A stretch of DNA of 40,093 nucleotides from a virus. The stretch lies in the IMG/VR virus record IMGVR_UViG_3300017971_000135. One strand, 5' to 3'. Below are positions 26,522 to 33,705 of the stretch, one piece after another (within the stretch, counting starts at the first letter, position 1; every line of letters begins with the position of its first letter). The notes below the pieces were generated by a model. It saw only the letters and a list, made by a program, of their open reading frames with translations. It was not told the origin of the DNA and did no database searches. A program made the translations under genes and the position numbers.

Positions 26522-26638
26522 TTACAGCCGAATTGCACCCAACGTGTGGCGAACGGGTGAAGTAAGAGTACCGCCACGCAGTATGGTATATCCCCGGCAA
26601 ACCTGCGCACGACCCTGGGACACCACGACGGTACTCAT
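26522..26638 (-). CDS. Hypothetical very small ORF (38 aa)
   Basis: ATG at 26638 overlapping the upstream stop (ATGA), with AAGGG upstream. No other support. Confidence 0.3.
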   Translation of the reverse strand: MSTVVVSQGRAQVCRGYTILRGGTLTSPVRHTLGAIRL

Positions 26639-26808
26639 ATTTCACCCTTCGCCTGTTGGTTGATGTGGAGACGGCTTCCGCAAGTTGCGGCGGCACGATT
26701 CCGCGAATCGGGACCGGACACGTCTGCCCGGCAGGTGGAGTGGAGACCACCAACATCGCTTCGTGTCTTCAACGAGAGGGCACGCTTACGAGCTAGTGCA
26801 CTAGCCAT
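26635..26808 (-). CDS. Hypothetical small ORF
   Basis: ATG at 26808 with a weak RBS. It fills the gap after the Dam-type gene. Confidence 0.35.
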   Translation of the reverse strand: MASALARKRALSLKTRSDVGGLHSTCRADVSGPDSRNRAAATCGSRLHINQQAKGEI

Positions 26809-26862
26809 GTCCTGAATGATGCCGCCGCCCCTATACAAAAGCCGCCTCCATTTCAACCAACG

Positions 26863-27339
26863 TTAGCCAAACGGACGCAGGTTGTAGTTCACTTGCGATC
26901 CTTTGCCTGTTGCCTGCTGTGTTTGCGCTTCCTTATTCTCCTGCGGCGCATTTCCACGCAGTATGAAAAGGCAACAAGGCGACGGGCTACGCCAAGGCTC
27001 ACCCGTATCTTTCTCCAAAAACCGAACCCTCCCTGCGGACCTGATTTCGGCCCCTGCCGCCGCCAGCAACATCACATACGACTGACAGGGCAATAACAAT
27101 ACAGAGCCATTTCCGCGCTGCTGCTCAGCAATAGCCTTGTGAACAAAGGCAGTAGGACCGCAATTGTTCAACCCATCGTGACGGCGGAACGGCGGATTCA
27201 CATAATTCATTTTGCCCCACGACGCTTCGAGACTATTATAGCCATCCGGCCTCGGACACGGGCAGGGGTCGAAATCGAAATGAAACTCCCGGTCCAGCGA
27301 CTCGTACAGTGCGGGAGGGGTGAGCCAGTAACTTGACAT
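26863..27339 (-). CDS. Phage Dam-type DNA N6-adenine methyltransferase (small NPPF type)
   Basis: W.TPP.LYESLDREFHFDFDPCP and the catalytic YVNPPF motif. Confidence 0.8.
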   Translation of the reverse strand: MSSYWLTPPALYESLDREFHFDFDPCPCPRPDGYNSLEASWGKMNYVNPPFRRHDGLNNCGPTAFVHKAIAEQQRGNGSVLLLPCQSYVMLLAAAGAEIRSAGRVRFLEKDTGEPWRSPSPCCLFILRGNAPQENKEAQTQQATGKGSQVNYNLRPFG

Positions 27340-27434
27340 ATTAAACCTTTCTTTATGCGCCGCCTACAACACTCAAAAGTAAACATTGCAGGCAACGGTT
27401 CCGCGCACCCGCACGAAGGCCGGTACGCTTTCAT

Positions 27435-28073
27435 TTATTCCCCACCGGCTTTTGTGCTGCGCGTGTTGGCAGATGTAAAGCCGGATTCCTTATTCAAAAG
27501 TGCGCCCCACTGCTCCGCAAAGGCAAGCGCGACACCCTGGTAAGTACGACTACGCTCTCTTGAGCGATTCGGGCCGGGAGGCAACCTGTGAATACGCCCC
27601 TCGCGACCATCAACAATATTTGTAGGCTGCAACGACGGCAGATTGCGCAACCACAGACAGGTTGCCTTGCTCTCGCCATGCCCAAACTGCCACGGCTGAA
27701 CGATCTGCGTATACCGCTCGCCAATCAATTCCATAGCGTACCTGTGCGGGATGGGATTTTCCACCGCTACGGCACGGGCGTTGGCTCCGAGACAGCACCG
27801 GAAAAACTCGGCAGCACGCTCCATCTCAGCCCAACGCCCAGGCACGGTTCGGAGCCAACGCACACCAGAATTGCACAGGAAGGTACACGGCGGATGCGCT
27901 ACCACCAAATCCCATCCCGCACCTAACAACTCTGAAACGTCCCCCCGAACGTGGCGGTGAGTCCCCCGGTCCGAATCGCTCGGCTGTAGATCGCACGATA
28001 TGGCATCGTGCCCCGCATCCAGAAAGGCATCGCGGACCCTTCCGCTACACTCACACGCTACGAGTACTCGCAT
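27435..28073 (-). CDS. C5-cytosine-MTase-fold protein, paralog A (short form)
   Basis: ATG at 28073. LVACECSGRVRDAF, AHPPCTFLCNSG (PCQ-like motif IV), AVENPIP (ENV-like motif VI) and QPWQFGHGESKATCLWL. The family assignment is tentative. Confidence 0.7.
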   Translation of the reverse strand: MRVLVACECSGRVRDAFLDAGHDAISCDLQPSDSDRGTHRHVRGDVSELLGAGWDLVVAHPPCTFLCNSGVRWLRTVPGRWAEMERAAEFFRCCLGANARAVAVENPIPHRYAMELIGERYTQIVQPWQFGHGESKATCLWLRNLPSLQPTNIVDGREGRIHRLPPGPNRSRERSRTYQGVALAFAEQWGALLNKESGFTSANTRSTKAGGE

Positions 28074-28122
28074 AGGCACGCTCTCTAATTCAAAAGTTGG
28101 CGAATGGCTTACAACGTTCGGC

Positions 28123-28368
28123 CTACGCCTGCTGCGTGCTGTCCGTGGCAGGCTTGGCCTGTTGTACGGTGTTCGTGCGCACATCCTCAGCTTTGGCGGC
28201 GCGAAAACGTTTGACCAACTCTGACACCAATATGTCGGAATCACGTTCCGTATCCACCGGAACACTCATGCGCCAACCTCGCGCACCAGTATCGCACATA
28301 CGGGACACCAGCGCAACAACTGCATCACACAACTCAGTGTCGCTCAACCTACACATTGCATCGCCCAT
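28123..28368 (-). CDS. Hypothetical small protein
   Basis: ATG at 28368 with GGAGG 5 nt upstream, 81 aa. Confidence 0.5.
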   Translation of the reverse strand: MGDAMCRLSDTELCDAVVALVSRMCDTGARGWRMSVPVDTERDSDILVSELVKRFRAAKAEDVRTNTVQQAKPATDSTQQA

Positions 28369-28434
28369 TGCCGCCTCCAATCCTGTTTGCGCACGAATGC
28401 CGTACAACGTTCCCGGCAAAGTGCGAAGTGTTCC

Positions 28435-29046
28435 TCATTTTGCACTTGCCGTGTTAGGTGCTGTTGCGCCGGACTCCACAGTGTTCTGTGCGCCCAGCGC
28501 GACATCACACGGAACTTCGTTCCCCCACACATCCCAGCCGTGGCGCTTTGGGAACAATGGGGTCCAGGGCCGCGCAAACACTTCGAGACGCGGGGCGGCG
28601 GACACCCTCTCGATATACCGATACGTCTCCTCGGGTTTGGCGGAATGCGCGGACGGGATAGAAGTCTCAATCACGTTCGGCAAATAACGCTCACCCGGAA
28701 ATACACACTTGCGCCGATACCCAAATAGAACAGTCTGAGTGCGATGAACGAACCAATTACCCAGCCCACTCGGCTTGATCCAGTGAATCGGCGCAAGATA
28801 GCGGAATCCCCACGAGCGCATTACGTCAAACCCGTCACGCAAAAACTCATTCGTGGTCCACAGCCACAGATGGCAATCGTCCGCCGCCATTTCTCCGATT
28901 GGCAACGCGGCTATCTGAGACACAGACATAGTTGGGTACGGTAGTTGCGCGGCACGCTTTGGACGCCTGCCCCACTTGCCTGTCATGGTTTGACGCCACG
29001 GCGGGTCGGCAAGGATTGTCCGGTACTTCACAGGCGCACTATTCAT
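28435..29046 (-). CDS. MT-A70 family adenine methyltransferase
   Basis: ATG at 29046 with GGAGAG upstream. Catalytic ILADPPW, followed by LWLWTTN and SAKPEE. Confidence 0.8.
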   Translation of the reverse strand: MNSAPVKYRTILADPPWRQTMTGKWGRRPKRAAQLPYPTMSVSQIAALPIGEMAADDCHLWLWTTNEFLRDGFDVMRSWGFRYLAPIHWIKPSGLGNWFVHRTQTVLFGYRRKCVFPGERYLPNVIETSIPSAHSAKPEETYRYIERVSAAPRLEVFARPWTPLFPKRHGWDVWGNEVPCDVALGAQNTVESGATAPNTASAK

Positions 29047-29104
29047 ATCGCTCTCCGGCGCAATTGCACCTAACGGTTCGCAGCACGTGCGAAGTGCCGC
29101 ATAT

Positions 29105-29998
29105 TTATTCAACTTCCGCAGTGTCCAGCGGCATTTTGCACTGCTGCTGTTGTACGCCGTTTGTAAACCTTCCACCAGTTCCAGCGGCGCTTCCCGCATG
29201 AATGATTGAGGGCCGAGCCCACCGCCTCTGAAACCGTTTCCATTCGTTATCTACACTACCGTTTTTGTCGCGCCACAGCATCGCCATAGGAGTAAATCCC
29301 AGTTCAACGCATAGGCTCAGCCGTTTCTCGGCATCGGCAAAGGTGTCTCTAGGGTGCCCGATCAGCACGTAACACCGCAGCCGGTGGCTTGCCACAGTGA
29401 ACCCCGCAGCCAGCAGCTTACGGGAGGCTGCTCTGAGCGGCTCCTCATCGTCTGGCGTATCCAGTGCGAAGAACATCTGCGCGGGCTTCAAGTCGACAAG
29501 CAAATCGACATGCCAATCTTGCAACCGTGCAGCTTCAAGACCACCAGTAAACTCAACACGCCGCCCGCGCTGCCGCTTGAGCATGGCAAACACCTCGCGA
29601 ACGTGCCGCTCAGAGCATGCAAGGATGTTATCATCGAGGACGTTCCAGCCATCCACGATCGGTAGCTCCAAGAGGCGGGGTTCTCGTTTCGGAACAGCAC
29701 AGAACCAGCAATTATTGGGGCACCCTCTCGACGTAATCACGTAACCGGGCTTAACGTACCGACCTGGCACAAAGGCTGAGCCGGGCCGGTTAAGTCCAGG
29801 GCCGCCAATTTTGACGGGCGCGACCGACGACCAAGCCTCGGCTAACTGCTCGGCCCGGTGCATGTGCCAAGTAAAGGCCACGCTGACGTGTACCTCGTCT
29901 ACCGCTGGTGGCAGCAACCCCGGCTCGCAGTCCACAAATGCCAGTTCATCCACTGGCGTGGCCTTCGTCCGATACGGAAACACTCTTGCGATTCTCAT
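29105..29998 (-). CDS. Radical SAM enzyme
   Basis: ITSRGCPNNCWFCAV gives CX3CX2C at residues 93-100. A radical-SAM core style follows (VEFTGG, YVLIGHPRDT). Confidence 0.85.
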   Translation of the reverse strand: MRIARVFPYRTKATPVDELAFVDCEPGLLPPAVDEVHVSVAFTWHMHRAEQLAEAWSSVAPVKIGGPGLNRPGSAFVPGRYVKPGYVITSRGCPNNCWFCAVPKREPRLLELPIVDGWNVLDDNILACSERHVREVFAMLKRQRGRRVEFTGGLEAARLQDWHVDLLVDLKPAQMFFALDTPDDEEPLRAASRKLLAAGFTVASHRLRCYVLIGHPRDTFADAEKRLSLCVELGFTPMAMLWRDKNGSVDNEWKRFQRRWARPSIIHAGSAAGTGGRFTNGVQQQQCKMPLDTAEVE

Positions 29999-30047
29999 GC
30001 GCCGCCTACAATCTCCAATGGTTTACACATGGCGTACAACGTTTTCG

Positions 30048-30296
30048 CTACTGGCGCTGTGCGGCGCGATACCCGTTAATTATACCGACAACCTGCTTCA
30101 CGCAAGCATCCTTGTCATGGCAATGGTCTATCGTTACACCCAAGCGTCGCATGGCATCCATAGCGCTGTTGGTTGATGCGGAGCCGGGAGCTACCATTAG
30201 TTCGGTTATCCTCGGCTCGCGGAACATCGCTACCTTGACGCCACCAACCTCACACTCTACTACTGGCCACTCGCTTGACACTTCGTATAATTCCAT
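30048..30296 (-). CDS. Hypothetical small protein upstream of the radical SAM gene
   Basis: ATG at 30296 with GGAGGG upstream, 82 aa. Contains VECEV and DHCHDKDAC. Confidence 0.5.
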   Translation of the reverse strand: MELYEVSSEWPVVECEVGGVKVAMFREPRITELMVAPGSASTNSAMDAMRRLGVTIDHCHDKDACVKQVVGIINGYRAAQRQ

Positions 30297-30348
30297 TCGC
30301 CCTCCAGGCGGAGTTTCAACCAACGTCCCGGCAAATGTGCGCCGTGCT

Positions 30349-30984
30349 TCATGGCGTCACTTTGCCTGTTGTAAGCTGTTCGCCAACTTCCTCCATTTTG
30401 AGTGTGCCCCACTGCTGCGCCATGGCAAGAGCGATGCCGCTGTACGTAACGGCACGAATCTTTGAGCGATTCGGACCGGGGGGCAACCTGTGACACCGAC
30501 CGACCCGACCGGCAACCACATCGGTAGGCCGCAACGGTGGCAGGCCACGCAACCACAGACAGGTTGCCTTGCTCTCGCCATGCCCAAACTGCCACGGCTG
30601 TATAACCTGTGAATACCGCTGCTCAATTATTTCCATAGCGTAACAGTGAGGAATGGGATTCTCGACGCAAACGTGCGCCGCGTTGGCTTCAAGGCACTTG
30701 CGAAAGAACATTGCCGCCTGTATCATTTTCCACCATCGGCCAGGTTGAGTATGAAGCCAACGCACACCTGAGTTACATAGATAGGTACACTCTGGATGAG
30801 CAATAACCAAATCCCATTCATCACCTATAATATCCAACACATTCCCTTGATAGTGGCGAGACTTACCACGGTCTGAATCGCTCGGGTGAAGATCGCACGA
30901 TATGGCATCAAAGCCACGATCCAAGAATGCGTCGCGCACTCTCCCGCTCCGCTCACATGCTACTAAGATTCGTTTTTGGCGCAC
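30349..30984 (-). CDS. C5-cytosine-MTase-fold protein, paralog B (short form)
   Basis: Proposed GTG start at 30984, giving (M)RQKRILVACERSG, which aligns with the MRVLVACECSG start of paralog A. AHPECT, VENPIP and QPWQFGHGESKATCLWL. Confidence 0.65.
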   Translation of the reverse strand: MRQKRILVACERSGRVRDAFLDRGFDAISCDLHPSDSDRGKSRHYQGNVLDIIGDEWDLVIAHPECTYLCNSGVRWLHTQPGRWWKMIQAAMFFRKCLEANAAHVCVENPIPHCYAMEIIEQRYSQVIQPWQFGHGESKATCLWLRGLPPLRPTDVVAGRVGRCHRLPPGPNRSKIRAVTYSGIALAMAQQWGTLKMEEVGEQLTTGKVTP

Positions 30985-31132
30985 TTTACAATCTCGCTTT
31001 CCGGCTTTATTTATGCCAACGTATCTAGTGATCACTTTTCTCCCGCCTAGCCCCGCTCCCGGCCCTCTCCCGGCTCGTCCTGCGGCAATCAGAAAAGCCC
31101 CCACGGCCAGACCGGCCGCAGGAACTTGGGTG

Positions 31133-31624
31133 TCAGAACTCTGGAGGCACCAGCTCGCCGTCGGGCATGACCAGCGACATGGGCTCGTAATTCGCTGCCA
31201 GTGCTGCGTCCACGCCGTCGGCGAACAACTCTGATGGGTGTCCGTACCTGTCAACGATCCAGATTCGCAGGTGCCAGTACAGGGACTCGTCGAATGCGAA
31301 CCAGAGCCGTCCGTACCGGGCCATCTTGTTCGGTGTGAGAAAACTGGTGTCTTCGACCTCGACTAGTTCGAGTACCAGCATGTCTTGACCCCAGCCTTCC
31401 TTCGTGCCCTCAGCCTTGAACCGCCAAGCGTCGGGTAGCACTCGGATAGTAGTGAGAGAATGGGCGATCTCCTCGTCGCACCAGTCGTCAGTTGCATCGG
31501 CCGACAGGCACTTCTTGGCCTCGATGGCTGCACGGACAGCCTGCTGCATCCCGCCCTTGCACCATCCACGCTTCAGCAGTTCATCGACGTACCGTTTGCT
31601 GGTGCCCCACGACTTCATGTTCAT
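31133..31624 (-). CDS. Hypothetical protein
   Basis: 163 aa, ATG with GAGGAGAG upstream. No motif recognised. Confidence 0.7.
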   Translation of the reverse strand: MNMKSWGTSKRYVDELLKRGWCKGGMQQAVRAAIEAKKCLSADATDDWCDEEIAHSLTTIRVLPDAWRFKAEGTKEGWGQDMLVLELVEVEDTSFLTPNKMARYGRLWFAFDESLYWHLRIWIVDRYGHPSELFADGVDAALAANYEPMSLVMPDGELVPPEF

Positions 31625-31642
31625 GCTCTCCTCACACAGAAA

Positions 31643-31674
31643 GAGCCCCCGGGCCGTGAAAGGCCAAGGGGCTC
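31643..31674 (-). terminator. Intrinsic-terminator-like hairpin downstream of int/attP
   Basis: The minus strand reads GAGCCCC-tt-GGCC-tttcac-GGCC-cg-GGGGCTC, followed directly by TTTCTGTG. Confidence 0.45.
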
Positions 31675-31688
31675 AGGTGTTCCACCGG

Positions 31689-31709
31689 ATTCGCCACAAA
31701 TTCGCCACA
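31689..31709 (+). repeat. Two direct copies of ATTCGCCACA with 11-bp periodicity (candidate arm-type recombinase/RDF site)
   Basis: Copies at 31689-31698 and 31700-31709, about 80 bp from the tRNA-like core. Confidence 0.4.
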
Positions 31710-31735
31710 CGTCTGGCGGTTCGCGGTCGTTTTCG

Positions 31736-31765
31736 TTGACTCTCGTGCGCAGGAATCGCTATATT
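31736..31765 (+). promoter_or_regulatory. Near-consensus sigma70 promoter directly upstream of the tRNA-like segment
   Basis: TTGACT (31736-31741), an 18-nt spacer, then TATATT (31760-31765). The tRNA-like 5' end lies 20 nt further on. Confidence 0.45.
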
Positions 31766-31784
31766 CTGGCACTGAAAAGCACGA

Positions 31785-31823
31785 GCCAGCATAGCTCAGT
31801 TGGTAGAGCGACGCATTCGTAAT
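31785..31823 (+). other. 5' half of a tRNA-Thr(CGT)-like gene; putative attP core region
   Basis: GCCAGCA-TA-GCTCAGTTGGTAGAGC-G-ACGCA-TTCGTAA-T reads as acceptor strand, canonical D-arm, 5' anticodon stem and a loop with CGT. The downstream sequence cannot form the anticodon stem, the T-arm or the acceptor 3' strand. Confidence 0.6.
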
Positions 31824-31867
31824 TGAAGGCTCCGGTTGGTAAATCTGCCGATTCCTGCACAGAAAGC

Positions 31868-33055
31868 TCATTTTTCGCCTCCTGCCACAGCATCAGTCGC
31901 TACAGATTCGCTCGACTCCCCCCACTGCACCAGCTCCAGCGAAGCCGCGTCCTGGTGGTAGTAGGTCTGCATCATGTTGGTGCGCCAGCCAGCTACCTGC
32001 ATGATCACATTGTCGGGGGTACCTGCGTTAGACAGGTTCGTTACCGCCATGTGCCGCAGGTCGTGGAACCGGAAGCCAGGCCTTCGCTTCCGGTCCTTCC
32101 CCTTCTCCTTCTTCGGTAGCGGCTGTTTCAGTCCCGCCTCGACCATACACCCCAACCAGGCCCGCTTGAAGTCTCCGAGCGGCTGGGCAATGCCATCGAG
32201 ATCCCGGCGATAGAACAGGTAGTCTGTATCCTCCGGAAGTGTGCGGAAGTAGTCTTTCTGTTCAGGAGGGATCGGCTTGTACATCATCCGGCCCGACTTC
32301 GACATTGCGCCTGGTACCATGATCCTGTTCCGGAACAGGTCAAGGTGTTCACGACGCATGCCTACGAGTTCCTTCGTACGCGAGGGAACTCTCACAGCGA
32401 ACCGGGTGATTGCTGACAGGTGGGGAGCCCTCTTGTCGATCACCGTCAGTAGATTCTGCAACTGCTGGTCGGTCAACACATAGTCTCGAGCAGGGACAGA
32501 AGAGATTCCCCAGTGGCGAATCGGAACAGTCTCAATGCGCTCCTTCAGCACGGCGTGTTGCAGCACAGCCCGAAGGATTGCCGCCATCTTGTTGACCGTG
32601 TGCTGGTTCTTCGCCTTTCGCAGCCGGGCACATTCACCATCCCACCATCGACGCAATGGCTTGCCGATCTTCAACGTGCCAACTGAGGTCGACAGGTGCT
32701 CCAGATACCACTTCGCACTATCGGACACGCCCTTTCCTCGGGCGCCGCCGTCGCGCTTGTACTCCTCAATTGCTTCTCCGAGTGTCCAGACTGTCAAAGA
32801 ACAGCCCTGCATCTTCGCGACCCACTCTGCGTACAGCTGCGCGACGCGGGCGGTGTGTGTCTGACTTCCGGGACGACCGGGTACCTGCGTAGTGTGCTGT
32901 CGTGCTGACGAGTAGGTTTTACCAGGCTTCCTGGGGTCTGACACACGAAAGTGACCCCGCATCTTCACCGTTCCATTGGCCTCGACGGTCCATGGCACGG
33001 CTGCCTCCATTTCTGGAGGAACACCCGGACGGAAACTAGGGAATGGGGTGGTCAT
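31868..33055 (-). CDS. int: Tyrosine integrase
   Basis: The C-terminal catalytic region has FRFHDLRHMAV...AGW......YYH (HxLRH box and Tyr). It is adjacent to the tRNA-like site. Confidence 0.9.
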   Translation of the reverse strand: MTTPFPSFRPGVPPEMEAAVPWTVEANGTVKMRGHFRVSDPRKPGKTYSSARQHTTQVPGRPGSQTHTARVAQLYAEWVAKMQGCSLTVWTLGEAIEEYKRDGGARGKGVSDSAKWYLEHLSTSVGTLKIGKPLRRWWDGECARLRKAKNQHTVNKMAAILRAVLQHAVLKERIETVPIRHWGISSVPARDYVLTDQQLQNLLTVIDKRAPHLSAITRFAVRVPSRTKELVGMRREHLDLFRNRIMVPGAMSKSGRMMYKPIPPEQKDYFRTLPEDTDYLFYRRDLDGIAQPLGDFKRAWLGCMVEAGLKQPLPKKEKGKDRKRRPGFRFHDLRHMAVTNLSNAGTPDNVIMQVAGWRTNMMQTYYHQDAASLELVQWGESSESVATDAVAGGEK

Positions 33056-33058
33056 GGG

Positions 33059-33298
33059 TCAACTCTCCGCGCGCCGTCTGGACTCCAGCAGCTCCTCGAG
33101 GAACCGGTTGCGGTTCTCCAGCGTCTTGATCTGCCGCTGCAGCTCCGCAATGGTGGCCTCGAGTCGCCCCACCTTCGTGTCGGCATACGGGCTCACGGCA
33201 TCCTCACGAATCAGATTTACCTTGGTCTGGTCGTCGCTCTGCATGTGATACCCCGCTGCTCCCATGCCGCCGAAGTACTGCTGGCCGCCGGTGGTCAC
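33059..33298 (-). CDS. Hypothetical coiled-coil protein (start uncertain)
   Basis: GTG at 33298 overlaps the upstream stop (GTGA). Alternative ATGs lie at 33265 and 33244. The C-terminus has the heptad-like LEATIAELQRQIKTLENRNRFLEELL. Confidence 0.55.
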   Translation of the reverse strand: MTTGGQQYFGGMGAAGYHMQSDDQTKVNLIREDAVSPYADTKVGRLEATIAELQRQIKTLENRNRFLEELLESRRRAES

Positions 33299-33690
33299 TG
33301 CTCCAGCTCGATGTCGATCTCCTCGTCGAACGCCCCGGTCTGCATGTCCGCATCGGTCGGCTCGCGCTGCTCAAGTACGTCGCCGGTGTCCAACCGCACC
33401 ACGCGCACCATGTGGCGCTCCGAAATGAACTGCTCCTGGCAGGCGACCGTCTCGCTCTTGCCGTCGATGAGCGTTCCCACCAGCTTCTCCTTCTCACCCT
33501 CGTCCTCTTTCAGGTCGGCCTTGAGACTGGCGATCTCGCTGTTGAGCTCGGTGATGTTGCTCCGAACGAACTTCAGACGATGCACCGTCTCTGTGTACTC
33601 ATCGTCGCCGGGCTCGAAGGCTGTCCGAATCTGCCGCTCTGCGGGTCGGACTGCTGCCTTGCACTTGGTGAGCTTCTTCTGAGTCGACAT
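33295..33690 (-). CDS. Hypothetical protein
   Basis: 131 aa with an ATG start. Its central part is a coiled coil. Confidence 0.65.
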   Translation of the reverse strand: MSTQKKLTKCKAAVRPAERQIRTAFEPGDDEYTETVHRLKFVRSNITELNSEIASLKADLKEDEGEKEKLVGTLIDGKSETVACQEQFISERHMVRVVRLDTGDVLEQREPTDADMQTGAFDEEIDIELEQ

Positions 33691-33705
33691 ACCGCTTCCC
33701 CTTTC

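Noticed and set aside
29047-29199. A longer start for the MT-A70 gene at 29199.
   Set aside because: It would overlap the radical-SAM gene by 95 nt. The ATG at 29046 has a GGAGAG RBS and lies just before the conserved ILADPPW region.
31079-31122. A GC-rich nested inverted repeat (CCTGCGGC...GCCGCAGG with an inner CGGCC/GGCCG) as a terminator after gene 31133-31624.
   Set aside because: On the minus strand the U-rich run (TTTTCT) is separated from the inner stem by 7 nt, so it is not a clean intrinsic terminator. I noted it but did not call it.
30985-31254. A 90-aa N-terminal extension of the paralog B ORF (the ORF track starts at 31254).
   Set aside because: The extension is Pro/Ala/Gly/Arg-rich and has no counterpart in paralog A. 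It would run through a GC-rich hairpin region. The GTG at 30984 aligns with paralog A's start, and the shared upstream motif sits 28 nt before it.
31785-31870. A complete tRNA-Thr gene.
   Set aside because: After the anticodon loop the sequence (TTGAAGGCTCCGGTTGGTAAATCTGCCG...) cannot pair with ACGCA. It lacks a GTTCGA-type T-loop, and no TGCTGGC acceptor 3' strand is present. Only the 5' half is tRNA-like.
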